Assembly (NCBI GenBank): GCA_963733145.1
Contig: CAVTCJ010000003.1
Location: 222,896 to 286,895, forward strand
Direction: 5' to 3'
Source: an uncultured Planctomycetota bacterium
GTDB lineage: Bacteria > Planctomycetota > Planctomycetia > Pirellulales > Thermoguttaceae
Length of the DNA: 64,000 nt
The translations under genes were made by a program, and so were the position numbers. Each line of letters begins with the position of its first letter. The stretch's first letter is position 1. This document shows, piece by piece, positions 38,217-49,816 of this stretch. The notes under the pieces were generated by a model. It searched no databases and was not told the DNA's origin. It saw nothing but the letters and a program-made list of their open reading frames with translations.

Positions 38217-38756
38217 TTATCTGTGGATTTTGTCTGGAATGTCGATTCCCCAATCTTGCTTGACCAATTCGGGCACGACCTGGAAACAAGCACGACCATC
38301 CGCCCATTTGAGGATTTCCGGCCGTTTGGCTGCTTCCGTACAAAGCCGTTGTGTATCGGGGCAGATGCCGACCCGCCCCAAGTCCAACCGATCTGAATCC
38401 CAACAGGTCTGCACTGTTACGTCCTGTGCGATTCCGCCATCGGTATGGCTGGCACATGCCTCGTAAAGCAAGTCTAAATCCGCGTTCGACATGGAGAACC
38501 ACTTGCCGCGAAGCTCCACGGCCAGTTTGGCTGCTCGCCTGCCATGCTCGTCATCAATGCCCTCGTTCACTCGTCGAGCATCATGCAAAACGGCGAACAG
38601 TCGCACAACCTCAACGTTTGCGCCGGTTAGTTCAGCGAGCCGATGCCCATTTTCCAGCACCCTTGCCCAGTGGGAAACGCCATGCGTTCCACTGAACGGG
38701 AGAACGTACTGTTCGAGAACTGAGTGAACGATGGGTTTCAGGTCCAGCATTTCCAT
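38217..38756 (-). CDS. HD-domain metal-dependent phosphohydrolase
   Basis: GVSHWARV...FAVLHDARR...CWDSDRLD give the H..HD..D HD signature; directly follows pnkp. Confidence 0.75.
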   Translation of the reverse strand: MEMLDLKPIVHSVLEQYVLPFSGTHGVSHWARVLENGHRLAELTGANVEVVRLFAVLHDARRVNEGIDDEHGRRAAKLAVELRGKWFSMSNADLDLLYEACASHTDGGIAQDVTVQTCWDSDRLDLGRVGICPDTQRLCTEAAKRPEILKWADGRACFQVVPELVKQDWGIDIPDKIHR

Positions 38757-38776
38757 ATCGACATAAGGTAGCCGTT

Positions 38777-41418
38777 TTAGAGCCTCGGATCAACCGGCTC
38801 GCTCTCCAAGGCCAGTACGCCGAAAACGCATTCGTGAACGCGGCGGAGCGGCTCTCGCCGCACGAAGCGTTCGAGGCTTTCGATGCCGAGGGCGAATTCT
38901 CGGAGGGCCAGGGACCGCTTTGTGGCCAAGCCCCGCTTCCGCAGCCGGGAAAGGTTTTCGGGGAAAGTGTATTCAGGGCCGTAGATGATCCGCAGATATT
39001 CGCGCCCGCGGCACTTCACGGCCGGCTGGACGAGACCTTTCGAGCCGGAGGCGATGAACTGATAGGGCTTGACCACCATGCCCTCGCCGCCGCGGCCGGT
39101 CAGTTCCAGCCACCACTCGACGCCCTGCCGCTGGCTCTCGGGATCGGCCAGATCGACGATCTTGAAAGGAGTTGCCATCAACAGCGCCGGATCGTGACGG
39201 CAGATGCCGGCGAGCGTTTCCATGTGCCAGACGTGATTCTGGTCGGTATGGACCGTTCCCTCGGTGGCCATCAGGTGGAACGGGGCCACTTTCAGATCGT
39301 CCAAAGACTTGACCGGCCAGCAATACTGGCGATACGCGCGGACGAATTGGCCGATCGCCTCGCCGCGGCTTTCGTATTGATCCAGCAGGCCATCTATGTC
39401 CGATGCGTAGGACGAGGCATTTGCAGTTGGCGAAGATGGCTCTTGACCGGCCAGTCCGCTCGGCCGCTTGCCGGAGCACAGAGACGGCCTTGGGCAGCGA
39501 GGCTCGGCCCGAAGCCCCCACGGCGGCATACTGCGAGCGAAGCAACTCCTGGGCCTTGACCGACCACGGCATCAATTCGCAATCGAGGCAGGCCCAATCG
39601 GTGTTGAACTGCGTCCAGAAATCGCCGGCGTCCATCGCGGCTCGAATCCGGGCGAGCAACCGTTCCTCCAACTCGCCGTCGGAGAAAAAGCGCCGGCCGG
39701 TGCGAGTAGAGACGATGCCCGTCTCCCCGCCGACTATCCCGAATCGCTGCTGAGCCGCCTCCGCACTCCGGCAGACGATGATGACGGCCCGCGACCCCAT
39801 GTGCTTCTCTTCGCACACGACCTGCGACACACCGCGCGAACGATAGTACGAAAACGCCTCGGTCGGGTATTCGAGAAAGCCGTCCTGGTCGCTCGTTTCG
39901 CACGGCGACATCGTGGGCGGCAGATAGATGAGCCATTTTGGATTGGCGGCGAAGCGGCTCATTATCTCCAAGGCCGCCACGGCGTTTTCCTCGCGGATCG
40001 TCACGCTGGAGCGCAGCCGGGTCGTGATGATCCGCTTGCCGAGCACGTCCTCGGCGTCCAGCAGATCGTCGTGAATCTGCTGGCTCGTCAACGCCGACGC
40101 CTCCGGCTCCTCGGGCAGGAACGGCCGAACCGGCTCGCAGTATGTCCGAGCGGCGGGCACCGACACGAACTCCCGCTCCGGCCAGCGCAGTGCGGTCAGC
40201 TTACCGCCGAACACGCAGCCGGTGTCGATGTTCGTTGTGCGGTTGAGCCATTCCGGCTCGGGAACCGGCGTGTGGCCGTAGACCACTGTCGCCCGGCCGC
40301 GATACTCGGCAGCCCAATTGCAGCGGACGGGCAGGCCGAACTCGTCGGTCTCGCCCGTCGTTTCGCCGTAAAGGGCGAACTCCCGCACCTTGCCCGAGCC
40401 GCGCCCCTGCATCTCCTCTTTCATGCCGGCATGGGCGACCACCAGCTTCCCGTCGTCCAGTACATAATGGCTGACCAGTTCGTCAAGGAAATCGGCCGCT
40501 TCTCCGGCGAGCTTGCGGCGAACGTCCTCGGGCAGGGCCTCGATCTCGGCGAGCGATTCGGCCAGCCCGTGCTTCACCTGGACGTTTTTGCCCCGCAATG
40601 CCCGCATGAACTTCACATCATGGTTGCCGGGCACGCACAGGGCACTACCATCGGTCGACCATGTTGCGCACAACCGAGCGTGTCGAGAATCCGCGGCCCT
40701 CGATCCGACCAAGTCGCCGAGGAACACGGCTTTCCGGCCTTCTGGATGCCGTATAAACCGGTTGCCCCAGACCGGATCGTCGCCATCCCGCTAGACCGGC
40801 ACGATAGCCGAGGTTTCTGGAACAGCGCTTCCAGTTCATCGCAACAGCCATGCACGTCGCCGATGATGTCGAACGGCCCGTGGTCGTCGCGTTTGTCGTT
40901 CCAGAGCGGAACACGCTCAATCGTGACCGCCTCGACTTCCTCGGGCGAGTCGAAGATGAAAACGTGCGAGAAGCCTTCGCGTTTCATTCCTCGGATGGAC
41001 CGCCGCAACTGCGACCGCTGCTGCCGGATCACATGCGGCCCGAAACTGCGGTCTTCCCGCCCCCGGTTCCGCTGCTCGCAAACCTTCTCGGGCAGGTTGA
41101 AGACGATGCGCCACCGGCAGGCAATGCAGTTCCCGAGCAAGCTGCACCAGCGGCTTACGAGCCTCCGGCTGCACGTTCGTGGCGTCCGCAACTGTCAGAT
41201 GCCCCAACGCCAACCGTTTCCGGGCGATGAAATGCAGCAACTCGAACGCCTCGTTGGTCACGGTTTGGTCGTTCTCGTCGTTGCTGAGCATTCCCCGGCA
41301 GGCGTCGGACGATAGTATCTCGGTCGGCAGAAAGTGTCTTGCGGGCAAACGTGCTCTTGCCCGAGCCGCTGGGGCCGATGAGGACGACGAGGGAAAGGCG
41401 AGGAATACTAATGTGCAT
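38777..41418 (-). CDS. pnkp: polynucleotide kinase-phosphatase-ligase Pnkp (bacterial RNA repair), at least 4 apparent frameshifts
   Basis: Kinase P-loop MHISIPRLSLVVLIGPSGSGKSTFARK; phosphatase DIIGDVHGC and GNHD (calcineurin-like); C-terminal ligase/adenylyltransferase region (KVAPFHLMATEGTV..GGEGMVVKPYQF). Pieces lie in ORFs 41155-41418, 40917-41348, 40613-41191, 38973-40727, 38777-39529. Confidence 0.8.
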
Positions 41419-41425
41419 TGAAATA

Positions 41426-42249
41426 CTACCGATGTTGTGAATCCGATGTCTGCATTACCGCACGTTTTCCAGTCTTATCCTCACGAGCAAATCGTTCAAT
41501 GCCGCCGTGCTGGTGGGCGTTTCGGGCAAATGACTCGCCTCGGACGCCGCTTCGAGTTCGCGGCAGAGCCGTTCGTATTCCTGTTCGTGGAATGAGAGAT
41601 CGGCCTGTGCCAATCGACCCTTCTCCGGCCCGGCTTTCTTGCGCTCGATGAACTCGGCAATGTAGGGAAGTCTCGGCCTCTTCGTTCAGACGAACCAAGT
41701 TCGCCTCGACCTCGCCGGTTCGCATCAGATGAATGCCGGTCAGCAGCACGCGGTAAACGTAAAGCAGCGGCTTGACATGCGGCGGGTCTTCCTTCTGAAA
41801 GAGCTTCCATTGCGTGGCCGCGAACCCGAGGTAATGATGGGCGTGATGCCGGGTCAGGCATGCTTCGGCAATCGCCTTCAGTTCCTCGTGATACGGCGTC
41901 GTGTGGACCACCAGCGGCGAAAACACCTGCTCCATCACGTAGCCGTTCTTCCGCAAGCATCAGTCCGAAGAACTTCTTCACATCGTGCGTCACGAGGTCG
42001 ATCTCCACGCCGTCGCGGATGCCCGATTTCGGTGATCGTTTCGCGGCCCGGTTTCAGTCCAACGACTTCCCGCAGCGGCAACACGTGGACGCCCCGCAGA
42101 TCGTAGTCGGAGTCGGGCGAGGGAAACCCATAGAGATGCGCCCCGCTGATCGTGGCGAACACCAACGGGTATGGATGTTCTTCGACCTGCTTGACTAGCC
42201 GAGGATCGCGGGAAACGGCCATTGCTGCGTTTGTGCTGTCGTGCGTCAT
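41426..42249 (-). CDS. PF10127/COG3541-type predicted nucleotidyltransferase, at least 2 apparent frameshifts
   Basis: N-terminal LVFATISGAHLYGFPSPDSDYDLRGVHVLP (GS..YG...SD.D..GV); C-terminal HHYLGFAATQWKLF...KPLLYVYRVLLTGIHLMRTGEVE. Confidence 0.65.
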
Positions 42250-43195
42250 GGTCCAAAGCCCTCCACGGCCTGCCGCCGGGCCTTCACCAGAAACCGATTC
42301 GCCCGCTCGTAATCCGGCCGCTCCGGCAGCGATGTCGTCTCAAACGCCTTGTTGAACTCCTCGTGCAGGGCGAGCCGCCAGCGGTTCACGTCCTCCCACG
42401 GCGTCTCGCCCCGCTTGATTGCCAGCAATGCCTCTCGATGCTCCTCGACCCGGACGGGCACGAATCCTTCACGCAAAACCGTGACGCCGGAAAGCAGCAG
42501 GCGGATCAGGTGCATGACGTGCTTCCATTTGATGTCGCCCTGATTGCGAAGGTGCGCCTGCATCCGCTTGAATTGCGACATGACGTAGCCGTTATATGTC
42601 TGATACACCATGCGTGAGAGAAACGAGGCCCGCATGGCGAGCAGTTCGTCGGCCAGCGGCGTGGTGGTCTCGACCAGCGGCGAGAACAGACATTCCAGCA
42701 CGTTGGGATTCGCCTTGAGCGCCAACACCAAGAACTTCTGGATTTCCCAATAGACCTCTTGGGTAGCGTCGTTTTCGAGTTGTTCGGGCACGCCGTAGAG
42801 CGACCAGTGCAGATCGGCATGGCGGCAGATAGATGCCCCTTCGATCCGTGTCCGAATCGGAATCGTCGAGTCCGTATGCCCGCGAACCGATCACGCATCG
42901 GTAGATGACCCGCTCGTACAGATTGCACTGCTTGGCGGCGATTTCCTCGTGGCCGATCGCGCCTTCCTTGTAGTCGGGCCAGCGCCATGACATCGCGCCG
43001 GGCCAGCGTTGCTTCAACGTCGTCGGGAAAGCGGACCCGGTAGCCCGGCTCGTCGTCCGCCTGTGATCGCACGACAATGCCGACCGCCCCGCGCGGATGC
43101 AAAACGTGCCCCTGGTCCACAACGTCCCTGAGCGCGACCACCTGCGTGCCCGGCGAATAGATCAGGTTCGGATGGAAGTGGACTCTTTTGGTCAC
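42246..43195 (-). CDS. second PF10127/COG3541-type nucleotidyltransferase paralogue with ~70-aa N-terminal extension, at least 2 apparent frameshifts
   Basis: NLYERVIYRCVIGSRAYGLDDSDSDTDRRGIYLPP in one frame; C-terminal NPNVLECLFSPLVE..MVYQTYNGYVMSQF..IKWKHVMHLIRLLLSGVTVLREG in ORF 42246-42791. Confidence 0.65.
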
Positions 43196-43211
43196 GACAG
43201 ACTACTCCTGG

Positions 43212-43609
43212 TTACGTCGAAGCAACACTGTTTGGCGGATTACCGCGCCGGATCACATTGTCTGGGTCGTGCCATTCCATGCCACATGAGAGGCACTGTT
43301 TGGCCTTGGTTGTCCGCAAAGAACACCCGCAATATGGGCAAGGGCAAGTTTTCTCTGGGCCATCGGGATGTGCCACCCATATTTTTGCCCATGAAATGTT
43401 ACATCCCGTGATACGAATTAGCTCCTTGGCAGCAAAAGAGGGCGTTGTTTGGCGAGTTGCCGCAATGATGTCTCTTGTGACGGGGTCAAATCGGCAAAAG
43501 CTGGAATGTGCGTATGGCACTTCTCGCACAATGGCCCACGAGTCGGCCACGCATCGTCGGGCAACGATTCGAGTTCACGGTTCGTGTAGGAATCCATTGT
43601 TATGCACAT
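43212..43609 (-). CDS. hypothetical zinc-ribbon protein (two Cys clusters), one apparent frameshift
   Basis: CEKCHTHIP in the upstream frame; CPCPYCGCSL...CLSCG in the downstream frame. Confidence 0.4.
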
Positions 43610-43647
43610 CCCGATCTATGAAGATTGATTCTGCTGTCCATTATCCA

Positions 43648-45426
43648 TCACGAGTGAAAAGCCGCCTTCAATCCTTCCTGTGATGCCCAGCGGCTGAGTA
43701 CGTCTTTCTCTTTTTCCGTTGCAAGCCGATTACTCTTCCCGCGAACTTGACGGATTTCCCTCCGTTGGTTGTTGACCTCAACAGTCACAAGCGGCTCAAC
43801 CCCTTCTCCCGTTTCAACCTCCATCGACCAAATTGAACACACGTTCTTATAACAGGAATTGGCATAACTCGCGACACAATGGCGCATTCGACGACCTTCC
43901 GCGATCAGTTCCTGACTACTGAGAAGCTCTCGAATCCGCCACACCCTCATGTTTTGCGACTCCTTTGTCCCTTCAATGAACTTGTAGTCGTGGAACGGTG
44001 ATTTTCGCCATTGTAGGCGTCCGCCGGCGGTTTCACGCCCTAGTTGTCGATGCCATTGGTTGACGGCACGCAAGAGTGAAGCGACGGTTCGCCCGTGCAT
44101 GGAAAAGTTGGGCTGTTCCGGCCCAAGTTCTTGTGCCACGCCGCGCTCGATGAAAGCGACGCGGGGTTCATACCGTTGATTCCAGATATAATCGACAATC
44201 GGCTGGACGTGGACGAGATCAAGCATGGGATTCCGCACGAAGAACCGAATGACGCTCAGCCAAAACTCGTTGTCCCGAAAGTCCTGAACGAGTCGTGTCT
44301 CGCGTAACGCATCGGCCAAGCGACGATCACCGCCGAGGGCGATGACCTGCCCCCATCGAAACGCCGCCTCGATGGAATAGGTTGCGGGCGACTCCGAAAA
44401 ATGGTGGGCCATCTTCTTCGTAAACGGAATTGGCAATCCTTCGGCCGTTTGGATGTTTTTGCCGGCCCCAATATGCTTGAACCACGATTGTTGGATGGCA
44501 TTTCCTTGCAGCCAAGCCTTGTCCATGAAAAGAGGCACATCGTAAATCGCCCACAAGTGACGCGATAGCGAAGAAAACTGCCGCTCGGGGTTGTGCGACT
44601 TCGGCGTCCATTGTTCGAGCGGATTGATCCACTCGGCGGCGTCCTTGCTGAGTTCGATGACTCCTCGAACGTGGGCTGCGGACTTCAGCAGTTTTGATTT
44701 TGCATCGACATAACGTAGCATCGCCAAAAGAGCATCTCGATCGACGGCACGCTCAAAGCCCGCATGGATTTCAGAGGCTATGGTCGTATCCAATTCGTCC
44801 TTCGTCAGTTCACCGCGATGGATCAGCGATAGGAGCGAACGATTCTTTCGTGTCTTTTTGGCGTCTGGCAATCGTGAGGCAGCCTGTCGGCTCTTTTCCT
44901 TCTTCTCCGCTTTGGTGGGGACATTTGGATGAACGAGGTGCCTCAACTTGAGGTTTTCGGCCATCTCCCGAAAATTGCCGGCAGCCAAGCCTTCTGCCTC
45001 GCATCGCAACTGGTGAAATAGCTGAATCAAGGGATGTGCCCCATCCAGTTTCAAGGTGCGAAGCCGTCGTTTGCCAAGCCGCCGGTCAAGCATCCCGATT
45101 GTCCGAATGAGAACGTCCTTTGATTGTAGGATGTCATCTATCGACATCGTGAGATAACGTATCATCGCATGGCGAAGACTACCCTTGGCGCACAGAGACA
45201 CATAGTCGGCAAATGGTTTCGGCAAATCCGGTTGATCGACATAGTTTCGCAACATCCATTCATACCAGTGCGGCATGTTGACGATTTCTTGGCCATCAAC
45301 GGTAATCCAATTTCGGCCTTCTTCATCGTGCATTCCGTGATAGCCCGTCTCATGGAGCCGTACACGTCCTTTCACGCTGTCGGCGAACATATCCTCAACA
45401 CGTTTGCGCAATTGGCTCCACTGCAT
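43648..45426 (-). CDS. PcfJ-like domain protein (592 aa)
   Basis: C-terminal LIAEGRRMRHCVASYANSCYKNVCSIWSMEV matches the PcfJ-like E-G-x-x-M-x-H-C-V signature; N-terminal ~450 aa have no assignable domain. Confidence 0.65.
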   Translation of the reverse strand: MQWSQLRKRVEDMFADSVKGRVRLHETGYHGMHDEEGRNWITVDGQEIVNMPHWYEWMLRNYVDQPDLPKPFADYVSLCAKGSLRHAMIRYLTMSIDDILQSKDVLIRTIGMLDRRLGKRRLRTLKLDGAHPLIQLFHQLRCEAEGLAAGNFREMAENLKLRHLVHPNVPTKAEKKEKSRQAASRLPDAKKTRKNRSLLSLIHRGELTKDELDTTIASEIHAGFERAVDRDALLAMLRYVDAKSKLLKSAAHVRGVIELSKDAAEWINPLEQWTPKSHNPERQFSSLSRHLWAIYDVPLFMDKAWLQGNAIQQSWFKHIGAGKNIQTAEGLPIPFTKKMAHHFSESPATYSIEAAFRWGQVIALGGDRRLADALRETRLVQDFRDNEFWLSVIRFFVRNPMLDLVHVQPIVDYIWNQRYEPRVAFIERGVAQELGPEQPNFSMHGRTVASLLRAVNQWHRQLGRETAGGRLQWRKSPFHDYKFIEGTKESQNMRVWRIRELLSSQELIAEGRRMRHCVASYANSCYKNVCSIWSMEVETGEGVEPLVTVEVNNQRREIRQVRGKSNRLATEKEKDVLSRWASQEGLKAAFHS

Positions 45427-45435
45427 AATTGTCGC

Positions 45436-46861
45436 TCAAGTGTCGAGTGTGACGTTTGCTCCAAGTTTGAACACTCCCATCTGCGTCGGCGGTCCCCACT
45501 CGGCGTGTTCCGGCCCAACTGGCCGAAACTCGACGGAATAACCGAATCGGCTCGGCCACGCCCGTCGCCCAAGCCCGGAACTCCTCCCGAGTCCACTCGA
45601 AACGGTGGTCTTCGTGCCGAAACGCACCGGCGGCAAGGTTGGGCCAGCTTGCATTGTACTCGCGGTTGGGCGTGGTGAGCACGATCGTCGTTGGACGGGC
45701 AAACTCGAACACGACCCGCTCGAAGGCGGCCAGACGCGGCGGATCGAGATGCTCGATTACTTCGACGACGGCCGCCGCATCGAAGCCGGCGAGACGCTTG
45801 TCACGATACATCAGCGAACCGTGCATCAACCGGATGCGCTCGCGTTGGCGCGGCGGCAGGTCGTCCATTCGCAATCGGGACGCGGCGATTTCCAACGGGC
45901 GGATCGACACGTCCATGCCCACGATCTCCTCGAACTGCTTCTCCTTGAGCAATTCCCGCAGCAGCCGGCCCTCGCCGCAGCCGAGGTCGAGCACCCGTTT
46001 GGCGCCGGTCGCCTTCAACACGGCTGCAACCGAACTGAGCCGTTCTTCGTTGAGGCTGATTGGCTTTTCCAGCGATTCTTCGCGGCTCACCGCGCGGGCC
46101 TCGGCAAGAAAATCCTCCGCCGGTTGATCCTCCTGCTCGACAAGCCGCTCGATCGCCTGCCGGGCAAGGCTGGGCCGATGCTTCAAGTAGCGGCGGACAA
46201 TCGCCTCTCGCTTCGGGTGCGACGCCAGCCAGCCCTCGCCCTGTTTCAACAGCTTCTCCAACTCCTCGAAACCCACGTAATAATGCTTGAAATTGTCGAA
46301 AACTGGCATCAAAACGTACAAATGCGTGAGCAATTCGCTGAGCGTCGTGGTTTTCGACAGTGTTACCGAGTAGTAGGGACTTGGCCCCCAGTCGGGAAAC
46401 GTCTCGTCGAGCGGATAGCGGACGGCCTCGATCTCATATCCCAGCGGATCGAAGACCTCGTGCAAGAAGTCCTCTCCGCCCCGGCAGGGAAGCACTTCGA
46501 TCGCGGCGACCAGTGGAATCGGCGTCCCGGCCAACTCCGGCCGCTCCTTCGAGCGCCCATTCAGCGCCGGGCCGAGCACCTGTGCAATCGCCACGCTCAT
46601 AAACGACGACGCCACGTAAGGCCGGTCGTTGACGTACTGGGCCAAGACCGTGTGCGTCAAGCCGCTCTTTCCCCGCACCATCGCCACCGGGTCCACGTCC
46701 AGGAGCAGGGCGGCGGTGCAGCGGTCCTCCGTCGCCTCGGTATAGAACACGTGGGCGCTGCCGAAACTGAGCGGAAAACTCTGGCACCGCGCCGGGTTCT
46801 TGTGCAGCAGATAGCCCAGGTCGGTCGCCGGCCGGTGCGTGGATGTAATTGTCAGCAACAT
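45436..46861 (-). CDS. hen1: bacterial Hen1 RNA 3'-terminal 2'-O-methyltransferase, one apparent frameshift near the C-terminus
   Basis: MLLTITSTHRPATDLGYLLHKNP is the characteristic bacterial Hen1 N-terminus; SAM-MTase motifs VLDLGCGEGRLL, AAVVEVIEHLD; C-terminal YSVEFRPVGPEHAEWGPPTQMGVF in the adjacent frame. Confidence 0.85.
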
Positions 46862-47228
46862 TATGATTCAAGCTGAAAGCGTGTGGCGAAAAGGTCCATT
46901 TTGGCAAGGATACGGACTACCGGCAAGAGGGGGCAAGTCTCCCGTCTCGAAAGCCGGAAAAGATGCGACTCGCTGGAACGTAGCCCATCACCGTCGTCAC
47001 GGCAAATCGGCGTCTGACTTGCGGCCGGAGTACGGGTGAAATGATTGCGTTCCCGGCTTTGCGGTGCTGCGAATCATCTTGTCACCGATATGGATTGCTA
47101 CCTGGCATGATCGGCCGCCGGCCAAAACTGTGTCGGCTTGCTAAACCAAAACGAAAAAAGGATAGGCGACCTGGTGCAATGATGCGGTCGACGTCCAATA
47201 GCGGTTTCACTTCGGAACTCCTTGCTCT

Positions 47229-48080
47229 CTAGGACGCCTCCCACAGTGGTTCGGAGTAACTTTCGCACCACTGAACGTAATGCTTCCAGCAAACTTGCGG
47301 CGTATTGCCGAGCAACTTGGCCAAGGTCTCGATGGTGGCCGCCCTGCCCGTCCAGTAGCCTTGCAATGTTCGTTTTGCGTAGGTGTGCCGGCAAGAATAC
47401 ATGCAGGCGTCGGCGTCAAACTTTAGGCTTTCTCTTTTCTCAACGCGACGCCGCAAGCGAACGAAAGCTGTTGTCAGGTTGCTCGGCGTCCAAGGCCCCC
47501 CATTACGGTTTCGGAATATCGGCCCCGCCGGGAACTCCTCCATCTGCTGTCGCGTTATGGCAATAATCTCGGGGGCAGTTACCCGGACGATCCGGTACTT
47601 TTGTGTGGTTTTTGTTTTTTTGGGCGTTACCCTCCCCTCCATACGGTTTCCCATATCCGCGATCTGATCCTTCGTCAGTGTGGTAAATTCGATTCCATAC
47701 CGAAGGCCCGTCCGAATGCCCAACCGTGACACGAGGCCCCACATCTGGGCCTCATGGATGACGAGGGCGGGAAACAGCGACAATTACCCTGTAATCAGAA
47801 AGGACTCGTGCTCGATTTCGCTGTCCCGATAGCTAATCACGCCGGCAGAATCGTCCTTGATCGGCGTCACACGCCCCAGCAGAAAATCCGGCAGACTGGC
47901 GAAGTAGTATCCGCCGGCCGTCTCGCCGGAGGAGAGCGGGCCACTAACTAACGGCCGTCCAAAAAAACGACAACGTCGCTTCGCGCTCTCGCCATAATCT
48001 TTCCCGTTCTGGTACAATGGAAGGTAAAAAGGGCAAAGAGGTGCAACGCGGGGATTTTCTGGAACAGGGAGGAACGCCAA
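47229..48080 (-). pseudogene. tyrosine recombinase/phage-type integrase with an in-frame TAA stop
   Basis: Catalytic C-terminal domain with CRHTYAKRTLQG...LLGNT...KHY (R..H..R..Y) in ORF 47229-47783; the N-terminal part in ORF 47784-48080 shares the frame, separated by TAA (..ESFLITG*LSLFP..). Confidence 0.7.
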
Positions 48081-48082
48081 TC

Positions 48083-49816
48083 ATGTCAAGCCATCGCGGA
48101 CGCGGAAATCACTTGATCATGGTTGCCCTCGCGCTGCTGGGTGCCGGCTGTTGGGTGTTGCCGGTGGCCGCGGCTGACGGCCCGCCCCAACACGCTTTGC
48201 TCCGGGCACAAATTACGGCGGGCGAATTTGCCCCGGCCATCGCTCTGGCCCGACGGGCAGAAAGCCCTGGGCAGCGCGACGCCTGGCTGGCGGAAATCGC
48301 CCACGCCCAGGCCCAAGCGGGCATGCGCGACGCCTCATTGAGGTCCGCCGCCGAGATCGGCGACGACCGCCTCCGCGCGCAGGCGCTCTCCGGCGCCGCC
48401 CCGCGCCACGGGGCGGAAAGGGCGGCGCCGCCCAGGCCGACTTCGACTCGCTCATCGACCTGATTACTTCCACCGTCCGGCCCTCGACTTGGGACGTCGT
48501 CGGCGGTCCCGGCTCGATTTCCCCCTTTCCCACCGGCGTTTTCATCGATGCCCGGGGCGTGTTGAAACCGCTCTTGAAAGAGGAGCCGGCCGGAGACCTG
48601 GAGCGGCTGCGCCGCCGGCGGACCACGTCCCGGCGGAGGCGACGCCCGCCACGCTTCGCCCCTCCGCAAGGTCTCGCTCACGCGGCTGGAAAAACAGGTC
48701 CAGTTGCTGCTCGCCGCCGGGCGGCACCCCGGCGAGGCCATGCAAGTCCTGGCCGGCCTGCAACGCATCCAATACGTGTTCGTCTATCCGGAATCGGGCG
48801 ACCTCGTGCTGGCCGGACCGGCCGGCGATTGGCGGCCCGGCCCCGAGAACATCATCGTCGGCGCCGACACCGGACTGCCGGTTGTGCGGCTGGACGACCT
48901 GGTGGTCGTTTTGCGCCAATGACGGGCGGCCCCGACGCCGCCTTCGGCTGCATGATCAATCCTCGGCCGGAAGCGCTCGCCGCAGTGAAGGCCTTCGTGA
49001 ATGACTCGAACAAGCGGCCCATCCGACCCGACGAGCGGAAGCGCGTGGCTCGAGCAGCTCCGCTCCCGGCTGGGCAAGCAAGACATCGAAGTCTACGGGC
49101 TCGATGCCCGCACGCGGGCGGCGCGGGTCATGGTCGAGGCCGACTACCGCATGAAACTCGTCGGCATGGGCCTGGAGGAGGGCGTGCCGGGCATGCAAAG
49201 CTATCTGGCCTCGATCACCATTCCGCTCAGGCAAGCCGGCCCCGCCGATGGGCGTGCTCCGCTGGTGGTTCACGCTCAATTACGACTCCGTCGTCGCCTC
49301 GGCCGACCGCCGGGCTTTCGCCCTTCGCGGCCAGGGCGTGAAAGTGGAGAGCGAAAACGAGCGGCTTTCCGCCGAGGGCCGGCGGATCCACACCGGCCAG
49401 TCCGAAGAGCTGAACCGCAAGTTCGCCAGCGGCTTCACCGAGCATTTCGAGGCCCTCTGCCGGAAATATCCCATCTACGCCGAGTTGCGGAACCTCTGCG
49501 ACCTGGCTCTGGTCTGCGCCCTGGTGCGGGAAGAGGGCCTGGCCGAAAAGGCCGGCTGGCACATGACCTGCTTCGCCAGACCCGCCGGCGTTATCCTGTC
49601 CAGTTGGGCGAAACGCCCAGGGAGGTCGATACGGTGATCAACTACCGCATCGTCAACCACATTCACATCGTGGCGGGCGTCAGCGGCGGCGTGCGGGTGC
49701 ATCCCGCCGCGCTGGTGCGGCGCGAGGCCATCGAAATCGACCGCGCCGGCTACCTGAGAAAACAGCGTTCGGCAGCGGCAAAGAACCATGCCGGGGATGA
49801 CTGGTGGTGGGATTGA
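48083..49816 (+). CDS. secreted DUF1598-like Planctomycete-type protein, at least 4-5 apparent frameshifts
   Basis: Signal peptide MSSHRGRGNHLIMVALALLGAGCWVLPVAAA; conserved blocks spread over ORFs 48017-48463, 48489-49004, 48704-48922, 49001-49816, 49248-49637. Confidence 0.5.

Noticed and set aside
48083-49816. Calling the DUF1598-like gene a pseudogene
   Set aside because: Frame breaks are as dense in clearly essential genes elsewhere in the window, so a sequencing-error explanation cannot be excluded; kept as CDS with low confidence.
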